Below are positions 7,361-15,548 of a stretch of 32,000 nt of DNA, one piece after another; the stretch's first letter is position 1, and each line of letters starts with the position of its first letter. Below the pieces are notes generated by a model, which did no database searches, was not told the DNA's origin, and saw only the letters and a list, made by a program, of their open reading frames with translations. Position numbers and translations under genes: made by a program. The stretch comes from Opitutales bacterium (GTDB lineage Bacteria > Verrucomicrobiota > Verrucomicrobiia > Opitutales > PNEW01). Location: assembly GCA_965219535.1 (NCBI GenBank), contig CBDCNV010000001.1, positions 420,001 to 452,000 on the forward strand, written 5' to 3'.

Positions 7361-8785
7361 TTAGAGTATTTTTATAGGCTTATAATCTGCGGCCTCTGGG
7401 AATCGCTTTTTCCAGACGCTCGATTCACTAATAAAAGCGTCCACCTGACTGGCAGCTGAACCAACCAGTTTTTCACTCTGGGCCAGGATGTCCTGGATTT
7501 GATTTCGTTTTAGACCTAAACGAGGGTCATCTGCCAGCCGATCAACAAGATCATTTTCCTTAATCTTACCCGCTCTTATATCCTTGGTTACCGTTACCGC
7601 TTTTTCCTTTATCGCCGCATGGGCGGACTCTCGACCGGCGCCATTTTTAACTGCTTCCATCATGATCGTCGTTGTCGTGAGATAAGGTAAATATTGGTTG
7701 TTTTCTTTTTCAATATTAGCGGGAAATATTTCCATCTGTTGAATCACATTGAGAAAAGTTTCAAGCAGACCATCAATGGTGAAAAAACTGTCGGGCATTA
7801 CGACCCGCCGAACGACTGAACAGGAAACATCGCCTTCGTTCCACTGATCACCTGTCAAGCCCGCGATCATCGAAAGATGCCCCTTGAGGATTATATTGAA
7901 TCCATTAATACGTTCGCAACTGCGGCTGTTCATCTTGTGCGGCATTGCGGAGGAACCCACCTGGTTTTCGCCAAACCCCTCGCTCACTAATTCGTGTCCA
8001 GCCATTAATCGTATGGATTTTGCCATACTGGATGGCGCGCTGGAGAGCAAAAAGAGAGCGCTCACGACAGAGAAATCGATGCTGCGGGGATATACTTGTC
8101 CGGTAATGGACATCAACTTGTTGCTTCCCAGGTAATCGAGAATTTTTTCTTCAAGGTCGACCACTTTGGACGCATCCCCATCAAAAAGAGTAAGGAGATC
8201 GATTTGAGTACCAACCGGTCCCTTGAGTCCGCGAATGGGGTAATGTTCAATGAGATTATCCAATCGCTGCAGAGCGAAAAGTAATTCTTCTCCGAACATC
8301 GCGAATCGTTTGCCTAAAGTCGTCGGTTGTGCGGCCACATTATGTGTGCGTCCAGTAATGACAAGGTCGCGAAATTCGTCTGCTCGTTGCGCTAAATTAA
8401 TAAGTGCGGACACGGCTTTTTGACGTATGATTTCCAGTGATCTCAATATTTGAAGTTGTTCGACGTTTTCAGTGAGATCGCGACTTGTCAGGCCCTTGTG
8501 GATATGCTCCTGCCCGGCGAGATCGTTAAACACCTCGATACGTGCTTTTACGTCGTGCTTTGTCGTTTCTTCACGGATGCGTATTAAGTTGATATCTACC
8601 TGCTCCTTGACCAACTCATAGGCGTTGATCGCCTCATCGGGGATGGCCAGCCCAAGGGCACGTTGCGCCTTCATTACCGCGATCCAGAATTCCCGTTCCA
8701 GAATGATCTTGCCGCGTGTCGACCAAACATCCTTTAGATTCTCTGATGCATAGCGTTCAGCTAAAATATTTGGTGTATCAGCCAT
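7361..8785 (-). CDS. purB: Adenylosuccinate lyase
   Basis: Fumarate-lyase superfamily signature GSSAMPHKMNSRSCE, an N-terminus of ERYASENLKDVWS, and a length of about 475 aa. The track ORF (to 8809) begins with TTG, so the ATG at 8785 (MADTPNILAERY) is preferred. Confidence 0.85.
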   Translation of the reverse strand: MADTPNILAERYASENLKDVWSTRGKIILEREFWIAVMKAQRALGLAIPDEAINAYELVKEQVDINLIRIREETTKHDVKARIEVFNDLAGQEHIHKGLTSRDLTENVEQLQILRSLEIIRQKAVSALINLAQRADEFRDLVITGRTHNVAAQPTTLGKRFAMFGEELLFALQRLDNLIEHYPIRGLKGPVGTQIDLLTLFDGDASKVVDLEEKILDYLGSNKLMSITGQVYPRSIDFSVVSALFLLSSAPSSMAKSIRLMAGHELVSEGFGENQVGSSAMPHKMNSRSCERINGFNIILKGHLSMIAGLTGDQWNEGDVSCSVVRRVVMPDSFFTIDGLLETFLNVIQQMEIFPANIEKENNQYLPYLTTTTIMMEAVKNGAGRESAHAAIKEKAVTVTKDIRAGKIKENDLVDRLADDPRLGLKRNQIQDILAQSEKLVGSAASQVDAFISESSVWKKRFPEAADYKPIKIL

Positions 8786-9049
8786 AATTTGTTTACATCC
8801 AGCCTTCAAATTAATAAACGAGTCATTACAAAGCCACTAAAAAGTTAAAATAGCAGCAGTGTTTTATTCTTTGGAATTTAAGTAGTTTAACATTAGCGTC
8901 TTAATTATAGATGCGAACTAATTCTTATAGCCGTGATACTTATTATAAAACCTGTTGTTTTAGATTGGAATTCTAATATAATGAAGATAAGAAGGATTAA
9001 GGCAGATTAAATATTTTATTGCGAAGACTAATCATAAAAGAGGTCTAAA

Positions 9050-10240
9050 ATGATAATGATAGGTGAAAATTCACGGTTAATGCAAAGATATGAAGTGCTG
9101 GAGCGAACCGCGATGCGTTATTCAGCGGGATGGGCGATGGTTACCTCTTCATGGGACATCAAAGTAACCCTGGGAAGGCATATGTGGCAGGACGCACAAA
9201 GAGCAGACCGCCTTCGATGCAGGCTTAAAGAACTCCGCTCCGGTCCTCTTGCCAACGACAATAATTCGGGTTTAGACAAGGTAGTCAATTATGCCGCTAG
9301 TGCTGAAAACATTTCCGAGTATATAGCCGGAATGTATAAAGTTGTAAAAGCTGACCTTCTTGAAGCTTATCATCATCACTATAAAACTACGAATATCGCT
9401 TTAGATGATGCCACAGTCGATTTGTTAAATGCCAATATTGCCACTCTCGAAGAACAATGTCGATGGGCTGAGGGATTAACCGAATTCGACTCGCGAACGA
9501 CATACGATAAAGAAGCCTGTGAAAAATGGCAGAATGTAGTCTCTTCCATGTTGATTTCACAGGGGGGGATTGATGGGCGTGAAGCAAAAGCAGCCACTTC
9601 TGCGGCAATTATCCCACCTCGCGAACCTTTTGAGCGCCCGCACGAACAACATTTAGACGACATAATTACCCAACGCGGTCGTGATGAAGCGCCAGTAGAA
9701 GAAGCCGGTGAACCCTGGCGGGAATATGTCCTTCGCAACTACTTTAATGAGATCGGAGCAGGGGATAATGTGGCAAGCATAGTTTTCGATGCACCTGAAC
9801 ATGTCGAATGGGAATTTCTTTATGATATGGCGCGGCATTGTTGGGACGAATACCGCCATGCAATGATGGGGAAACAACGCCTTACCGAGGTAGGTCTGGA
9901 TACAACAAAATTACCCATAGGCACCGGAGTTTATGAATTTCGCGATCGCCTGCCGCTAGTCGAACGTTTGGGCATGATTGTTTTCCTCGATGAAGTCAGT
10001 GCGTTTCCCTATAAGCGCAGGAGTCGGGAACTACTTAAAGCTATGGAAGATGAAGAGAGTTCGGATTATTTGGCCTACGATATTTGCGACGAAACACGCC
10101 ACGTCGGGAATGGTCATAAATGGCTGGAGCATTTGCAGAAGGTTACCGGTGATAAGCGCGACCGTGATCAGTTGATGAAAGATTTGAATCAACTCATGGA
10201 TGAGCGTGCAAATTACATCGGGACTGGACGGGCAAATTAA
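9050..10240 (+). CDS. Hypothetical protein, probable ferritin-like di-iron carboxylate fold
   Basis: 396-aa ORF with an AGAGG Shine-Dalgarno-like sequence 8 nt upstream of the ATG. Two E-x-x-H motifs (HCWDEYRHAMMG and ICDETRHVGNGHKW) about 90 residues apart match di-iron four-helix-bundle proteins. No closer assignment is possible by eye. Confidence 0.45.
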   Translation: MIMIGENSRLMQRYEVLERTAMRYSAGWAMVTSSWDIKVTLGRHMWQDAQRADRLRCRLKELRSGPLANDNNSGLDKVVNYAASAENISEYIAGMYKVVKADLLEAYHHHYKTTNIALDDATVDLLNANIATLEEQCRWAEGLTEFDSRTTYDKEACEKWQNVVSSMLISQGGIDGREAKAATSAAIIPPREPFERPHEQHLDDIITQRGRDEAPVEEAGEPWREYVLRNYFNEIGAGDNVASIVFDAPEHVEWEFLYDMARHCWDEYRHAMMGKQRLTEVGLDTTKLPIGTGVYEFRDRLPLVERLGMIVFLDEVSAFPYKRRSRELLKAMEDEESSDYLAYDICDETRHVGNGHKWLEHLQKVTGDKRDRDQLMKDLNQLMDERANYIGTGRAN

Positions 10241-10305
10241 GCATTATTAATTAATGCTCAGGGTATTGTGCCAAGTGCCGTTCAGCGACAGGTGTTTAAT
10301 GGATT

Positions 10306-10791
10306 ATGCCAATGAAACCGTTGAATATTATCGCTGCCTGTTCGGAGAATCGAGTTATCGGACGAGCAGGAAAGTTGCCTTGGAAAATAACAGAGGACTG
10401 GAATTACTTTCTTAACCAGACTAAGGGGGGCACCCTCATCTTTGGTCGCAAAGCTTTTGAGGAATTTGGCCACCCCTTCCCGGATCGTCAAACTATCGTG
10501 CTGACCCGAAATAGAGAATGGACAAGTAAAGATATAATCGTTGCAACTTCCCTGCAAGAAGGTTTGGACACGGCACAGAAACTCGAGGGTGAAATATGGA
10601 TTAGTGGAGGTCGGCATGTTTATGAACAGGCTATGCCAATGGCAGACAAACTTTACCTTACACTTATTCATGCTGAGGTTGAAGGAGATGCTTTTTTCCC
10701 CGCATGGGATTCCTTTTTTCCTAAAACTATTTCTCAATGTGCAAGTCGTAATGACAATTTTCGTTACACCTTTTTTGTATTTGAAAAATAA
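10306..10791 (+). CDS. folA: Dihydrofolate reductase
   Basis: 161 aa. LNIIAACSENRVIGRAGKLPWKITEDWNYF, LIFGRKAFEEFG and LYLTLIHAEVEGDAFFP form the classic DHFR pattern. Confidence 0.9.
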   Translation: MPMKPLNIIAACSENRVIGRAGKLPWKITEDWNYFLNQTKGGTLIFGRKAFEEFGHPFPDRQTIVLTRNREWTSKDIIVATSLQEGLDTAQKLEGEIWISGGRHVYEQAMPMADKLYLTLIHAEVEGDAFFPAWDSFFPKTISQCASRNDNFRYTFFVFEK

Positions 10792-10812
10792 TTTAACAAG
10801 AAGGGGAGTGCT

Positions 10813-11376
10813 TTGATAATTACAGGTGGTGCAGCTCGCGGGATTCGACTCAAGATTAGAAAGGCCGATTCCATTCGGCCAGCGATGGGTCGCATGCGGG
10901 AGGCGGTATTTTCCAGTCTTGGTCCCGGGATTACCGAGAGCGAGTTCCTGGATCTCTATGCCGGAAGTGGTGCCTATGGATTAGAGGCGCTTAGCAGGGG
11001 GGCTTCAGGTGGGGTATTTATTGAAAAAGATCATCGAACAATTGGTTATTTACATGAAAATATCTCTGCCGTGTGCAAATCACTCGGATTGAAACAGTCA
11101 CCTTGCGATGTTATCGAGATGGATGTTTTTAAATGGATACCGATAAATAAACAAAGATTTGATTTTATATTCGTCGATCCGCCTTATGACATCATCAATA
11201 AATGTATGGAATTAATTTTCGCGCTCGCACAATCTTGTCTTAGTAATAAAGCATCCTCGCGCTTAATATTTGAAGCGCCGGGAGAGTTAGTCTTAAAGGG
11301 GCAAGGTTGGGAACAAATGAAGAAATTGGGGAAAGGGCGCCATGAATCCACGGTGTCTCTTTTTCGACGCCTTTAG
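10813..11376 (+). CDS. rsmD: 16S rRNA (guanine966-N2)-methyltransferase
   Basis: 187 aa with a TTG start. GGAARGIRLK..RP..GRMREAVFS, motif I LDLYAGSGAYGLEALSRGA, and motif IV FIFVDPPY. Confidence 0.85.
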   Translation: MIITGGAARGIRLKIRKADSIRPAMGRMREAVFSSLGPGITESEFLDLYAGSGAYGLEALSRGASGGVFIEKDHRTIGYLHENISAVCKSLGLKQSPCDVIEMDVFKWIPINKQRFDFIFVDPPYDIINKCMELIFALAQSCLSNKASSRLIFEAPGELVLKGQGWEQMKKLGKGRHESTVSLFRRL

Positions 11377-11401
11377 TTAATAAACAAAACTGAGACTATA
11401 A

Positions 11402-12127
11402 CTAGTGAGGGCTATGGGTCTCAATTTTTGAAACCAGGATTGAAATTGCGGCAACCCCGGCAGTTTCTGTCCGAAGGACGCGCTGACCAAGATTATAGAA
11501 TGCAAATTCAGCACCGTGCAGCAGATCCCTCTCTTCTGTTGACCACCCACGTTCTGAACCGATTGCGATGACACTGGCAGGATGGTGTATTTTATAAGAA
11601 CCCAATTGTAACGTGGCTTCGTAATTATCAAGTGCGATACGGTCACTCTGCGTACTCAACTTCAATATACATTCGGCAAGCGAATCAAAATTGCAAACTT
11701 CAGGTATATGCGTAGTAAAAGCCTGTTCAGCACCGAGGTGTAGATGGCGTCGCCATTCGCCGGTACTCCAGAGGCGGCTGCGGCTGTAAGAGGGCTCCCC
11801 TTTGTCAGCTTGGAAAAACCAAATGGCGTCAACGCCTAAACTCGTCATATCCTGCAGGATTTTTCGCGCAGTTTGGGGTCGAGGCAGCCCTGCTATTAAA
11901 GTAATGGGGTAGGGCACCGGCGGTACATCACCCCATTCCATAGTCAAGTTCATGCCATCAGAATCATCCGAAATAATGCGCGCTTTTCCCCGCGGGCCGT
12001 TGGTTACACCGACGTCAAATTCCTGACCAATGCCCATTTTAAGTACCTTCCGGACATGTTCCGCGCGTGGATCATCAAACGGAATATTTAAGTGGGTGTA
12101 CTTCTCACAGAAGAGAATGAGATTCAT
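11402..12127 (-). CDS. rsmE: 16S rRNA (uracil1498-N3)-methyltransferase (SPOUT family)
   Basis: 241 aa. N-terminal PUA-like segment (DPRAEHVRKVLKMGIGQEFDV) and C-terminal IAIGSERGWSTEE...LGQRVLRTETAGVAAISIL, typical of RsmE. Confidence 0.85.
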   Translation of the reverse strand: MNLILFCEKYTHLNIPFDDPRAEHVRKVLKMGIGQEFDVGVTNGPRGKARIISDDSDGMNLTMEWGDVPPVPYPITLIAGLPRPQTARKILQDMTSLGVDAIWFFQADKGEPSYSRSRLWSTGEWRRHLHLGAEQAFTTHIPEVCNFDSLAECILKLSTQSDRIALDNYEATLQLGSYKIHHPASVIAIGSERGWSTEERDLLHGAEFAFYNLGQRVLRTETAGVAAISILVSKIETHSPH

Positions 12128-12436
12128 GGCATAAGAGTAATTATTTCTTATATTACATATTTTTGGATTTCGTGGATAGGGATTTCTTCTTTAGAATTCA
12201 GCAATAAACAGAGGGGAACAATAATGTTTTTCTCTCTTTGAAGAAACGGTCATAATAATACATCTATAATTGTGCAAGATGCTAGATATAAATGGGTTAA
12301 ATAAATTTCGATCGCTTGACTTAAGAGGGTTAATAGATTCATTTAAACTATAACTACAACACGTTTACCATCGTTGACATTAATCTGATTAAAGTAGTTA
12401 TTTAATCGTGCTCTTTCGGCCCGATAAGCTATCTCT

Positions 12437-14725
12437 ATGAAAGGAAATTATATTATGTGCTCGAAAAAAAATCTCTCCACCTTGTTGATATCACTGGTTT
12501 TCACCGTATGGTTATCCGCTCAGCCGCAATCGCTTGAAACCTTTTTCGATTTCGAAAATGAAACTGCCACAGGGACAGATTTTACTTTGGGCGTTGCCCC
12601 GTTTACCATCCGGGTTATTGGATTTACCCTCGAAACGGTGGATGATCCAGCCCTCGCTCATTCGGGGACCAAAGCTTTGGTCCTTGAAGCGGGTCAGGAA
12701 GGGAAAATTATTTTAGAAAGAGGCGCCAATTTACTCCAGTTTTATGCTGCTGAATCAACCGGTGGCGGCCGATTGGAGCTTAGAGATAGAAACCGATTTT
12801 TTTTAAGGGAAGGTGGGACGATCGAGGGATTGCCGACAAACATCAGTCCCGGCGCCAACCCCCCGCTTCAGAGTTTCATCGGTTTCTCAGGAGATATTAA
12901 TGATGCTGCAGACCTTAACTATACGAACGGTGTCCTGGAAATAAAAATAATCAACGTAAATGGACGGGCGGCCATCGACGATCTTGGTTTTTCTTATGTT
13001 GTGGGTCCCCCCAACAATACTGTTTATGAAGATTTTGCGAATATAGCTAACAGTCCTTATTTTAGAACACCGGGTAGTACCAGTGCCAATTCGAGATTAA
13101 TTTTCACCATCGGTGAGTCCCCTTACACCGCAACGTTTACCGGTGGCATTGCGGCTGTCTCAGGCGGAGGTTTCTTTAATCATACTATTCCTGATGGTGA
13201 AACACAGGGGGGAGGAGATTTTCCCCTCGTCCCCGGTGCATGGAGAGTTGAGGACTTATCTTTTGGAGGAAGTGGTTTAGGTGTTATTACTTTCGAAACC
13301 CCTGTCGCCAAAGTAGAATTTTATGCCGCTGTGTTCCTTGAGGAAGATGGAGAACTCCAGATTTTTGATGCTAATGATAATCTACTCACTTCAACCAAAG
13401 ATATACCCCTTAATATAAGTCACTTATTTGAAGCACCCTTTGATTATTTATCCTTTAATGCGGCGGAGTTGGGGGCGCCTGAAGGAATTGGGAAGATTCA
13501 TTATCTCAATTTGGATAAAGTATCTTTTCAAGGGAATGTGCTGCACAATGTTATTGATGATATTGGATTTACCCCGGTCGGTGCCCCCGGTAGTGGTTCC
13601 GAGGGACCGCCTCCCGTAGCCGGTCCCACCATTACCACCCAGCCCGTGAGCCAGGAAGTACAGTCCGGCACGGCTGTTGTTTTATCGGTAGCAGCGAGCG
13701 GTGACGATCTTAATTATCAGTGGTATACAGGTAATAGTGGTGACACTGCGAGTCCCGTTGCTGGGGCTACCGGCAGCACCTTAACGACCGGTGCCCTAAC
13801 GGTGAGTACCAACTTCTGGACGCAGGTAAGCAACGCAGGTGGAAGCGCTGACAGCGATACCGCCTCCATTACCGTAACCGCTCCACCGGTGCCTCTCGTT
13901 CTCGACGGCTCGGGCGATATCGCCGGTGAAAACATCCAGCATGCCAACGGTAATGTCTTCGATCAGATTTTACTCACCGGGGAGTTCGTCCAACTCCAGG
14001 CCAAGCCGGGACAGATCACCCGCGTCTCCTTCATGGACGAAAACGAGGATATTGTGCAGGTAGAATTTTCAGGTAATGGGACCTTTACCGTAACCCTGGA
14101 TCCGTCCACCTTCCTGCCCCCGGCCATACCCCCGCGCTACAACCAGCAGGTTGAGTACGTGACGGGCAAGCCCAGCGTGGTTATCGATGGAGCGGACGCC
14201 AATACCTTCTTCAGTATCTTCACCGTGGGGAGGATCAACGCGTTTAACCAGGCCCTCTTCCCCGAGGGACAGGTCTATGACGCACAAGCGGACGTGGCCC
14301 TCGTGGAAGTAACCAACTCCACGGGACTTGGAGGGGTGCAGTTATCGAACACCGTCTTCAGTGGAAGCACGGGCAAGGTCGGTGTCGATGCGCGCGGGGT
14401 ACCGATCGCGGTACGCTTAACCGTCGGCGACATTGATGCTGATGGCGACGCAGTCCCACACCTGTTATTCGGATCCGGATCCTTCACGGTACCGGCCGGC
14501 AATCCCGGCTTGCGAATTACGGGTGGTGACCTCTTGCAGACAAACGGTGCCGCAGTCGTGGTAGCGGTGAGTGGATCGACAACGACCGGGTTTGATACCC
14601 TGATCACGCAGAACAACTTCAAATCTGACGAAACGCCTCAGCCGACACTGAGTATCGATGCCACCTTCGCCAACGAAGATGGCGATGCGATCACGGTGAC
14701 GGTCGAAGAGATTACGATTGAGTGA
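12437..14725 (+). CDS. Secreted modular protein: signal peptide, two beta-sandwich-like head modules, Ig-like domain, and the shared ~275-aa C-terminal module ending in EITIE
   Basis: 762-aa ORF. An alternative ATG at 12455 is preceded by AAGGA. Hydrophobic N-terminus LSTLLISLVFTVWLSAQ. Ig-like segment ITTQPVSQEVQSGTAVVLSVAASGDDLNYQWYTGNSGD...ITV. The C-terminal 275 aa are highly similar to the C-termini of 21265..22752 and 26597..28519 and to the visible part of 1..1575. Confidence 0.9.
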   Translation: MKGNYIMCSKKNLSTLLISLVFTVWLSAQPQSLETFFDFENETATGTDFTLGVAPFTIRVIGFTLETVDDPALAHSGTKALVLEAGQEGKIILERGANLLQFYAAESTGGGRLELRDRNRFFLREGGTIEGLPTNISPGANPPLQSFIGFSGDINDAADLNYTNGVLEIKIINVNGRAAIDDLGFSYVVGPPNNTVYEDFANIANSPYFRTPGSTSANSRLIFTIGESPYTATFTGGIAAVSGGGFFNHTIPDGETQGGGDFPLVPGAWRVEDLSFGGSGLGVITFETPVAKVEFYAAVFLEEDGELQIFDANDNLLTSTKDIPLNISHLFEAPFDYLSFNAAELGAPEGIGKIHYLNLDKVSFQGNVLHNVIDDIGFTPVGAPGSGSEGPPPVAGPTITTQPVSQEVQSGTAVVLSVAASGDDLNYQWYTGNSGDTASPVAGATGSTLTTGALTVSTNFWTQVSNAGGSADSDTASITVTAPPVPLVLDGSGDIAGENIQHANGNVFDQILLTGEFVQLQAKPGQITRVSFMDENEDIVQVEFSGNGTFTVTLDPSTFLPPAIPPRYNQQVEYVTGKPSVVIDGADANTFFSIFTVGRINAFNQALFPEGQVYDAQADVALVEVTNSTGLGGVQLSNTVFSGSTGKVGVDARGVPIAVRLTVGDIDADGDAVPHLLFGSGSFTVPAGNPGLRITGGDLLQTNGAAVVVAVSGSTTTGFDTLITQNNFKSDETPQPTLSIDATFANEDGDAITVTVEEITIE

Positions 14726-14764
14726 GGAGTGATCTATCGATCAGTTTTAAGTTTTAGGTGTTAA

Positions 14765-14870
14765 GGTGGATCGGGCTGCCTGACCGCCATAGCTTTAGCG
14801 ACGGCTGGTTCCCTGGCACGCTTCTTTAATTACTACATTCTTCAACGCGCTAGGGACAGCGCGTTCCACC
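14765..14870. repeat. Second copy of the palindromic element, with hairpin AACGCGC-TAGGGACA-GCGCGTT
   Basis: 14845..14870 (acgcgctagggacagcgcgttccacc) matches 2841..2866 at 24 of 26 positions. Left-arm-like sequences GGTGGATCGGGCTGCC and GCTGGTTCCCTGGCACGC lie upstream. Confidence 0.7.
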
Positions 14871-15099
14871 TATTCTGTCATTACACACCTGTCTGCTGTT
14901 TATTTCTTCTATCTACTGAGCAATGACCACTGGGCAGGATGTCGATGTCCATCCTTCTTACATCGAATATCGTAGCTCGTAAATAGTATATCGATACTAT
15001 TAAGTTCTCATTCGCGCTCAGCAATCTGATGTTGACACGCATTAATTGAAGAGAAGAGTACATACTAAGATCAACAATTAAATTCAGGAGGGTTTATCT

Positions 15100-15504
15100 A
15101 TGCGATATAAGTTTGCGGTATTACTATTTTTCGTTTTTGGAATATCGTCACTCAGTGCTTATGATATTTATACGGTCCAGGTGTTTTCTGGAGCACGTGA
15201 GTCGACTTGGACAAAGATGCTTGCCCGGGAGATCGGAGAGGGAGATATGACGCGTAAGATTCCCTATTTAGTGCCCGATTTCGTTACTAATAATCGCGCT
15301 TATGAAGTTAATTTTATTGAAACGTGGCATGAGGGTTTTGGGCAAGTATTACATGCCAGGGATGTATTAAAAAAACAAGGGGTATTAGTACTTATCGTTC
15401 CACATCTGGAAAAGAGCAGACAACTACTCGCGTATATTGAGAAAGAACGCTGTGAGCCTTACGATATTGAGTTAATTGTCATTAGGAGAAAACCTGGAAA
15501 ATAG
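15100..15504 (+). CDS. Hypothetical small secreted protein
   Basis: 134-aa ORF with a signal-peptide-like N-terminus (MRYKFAVLLFFVFGISSLSAYD) and GGAGG 9 nt upstream of the ATG. No family recognised. Confidence 0.55.
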   Translation: MRYKFAVLLFFVFGISSLSAYDIYTVQVFSGARESTWTKMLAREIGEGDMTRKIPYLVPDFVTNNRAYEVNFIETWHEGFGQVLHARDVLKKQGVLVLIVPHLEKSRQLLAYIEKERCEPYDIELIVIRRKPGK

Positions 15505-15548
15505 CCTGACCGACCACTGCTTATCTTCTCCAGACCTGAGCGTTCCTT

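Noticed and set aside
10282-10737. A 151-aa minus-strand ORF overlapping folA.
   Set aside because: It is fully contained within the antisense of a textbook DHFR gene, and its sequence is Cys/Phe-rich and of low plausibility. It is a shadow ORF. The same reasoning applies to 6606..7010, 6802..7119, 9379..9738, 11377..11646, 17061..17315 and 30287..30487.
13895-14722. The shared C-terminal module might be an autotransporter/OMP beta-barrel, a T9SS C-terminal domain, or a PEP-CTERM-type sorting signal.
   Set aside because: It ends in the acidic EITIE rather than an aromatic terminal residue. At ~275 aa it is much longer than T9SS (~80-100 aa) or PEP-CTERM (~25 aa) signals. It has no terminal TM helix plus basic tail. 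This rejection rests on motif knowledge only, and structure prediction should confirm it.
14730-14750. A possible terminator after 12437..14725 (TGATC-TATC-GATCA followed by GTTTT).
   Set aside because: The stem is only 5 bp and AT-rich, and the T-tract is short and interrupted. This is too weak to call. The REP-like palindrome at 14765..14870 may serve as the 3' structure instead.
14881-15063. Small ORFs in repeat-rich intergenic DNA (14881..15063 -, 23170..23364 -, 7159..7350 +).
   Set aside because: They are at the 60-aa track minimum, overlap palindromic or REP-like elements, and have no RBS or recognisable features. They are most likely non-coding.
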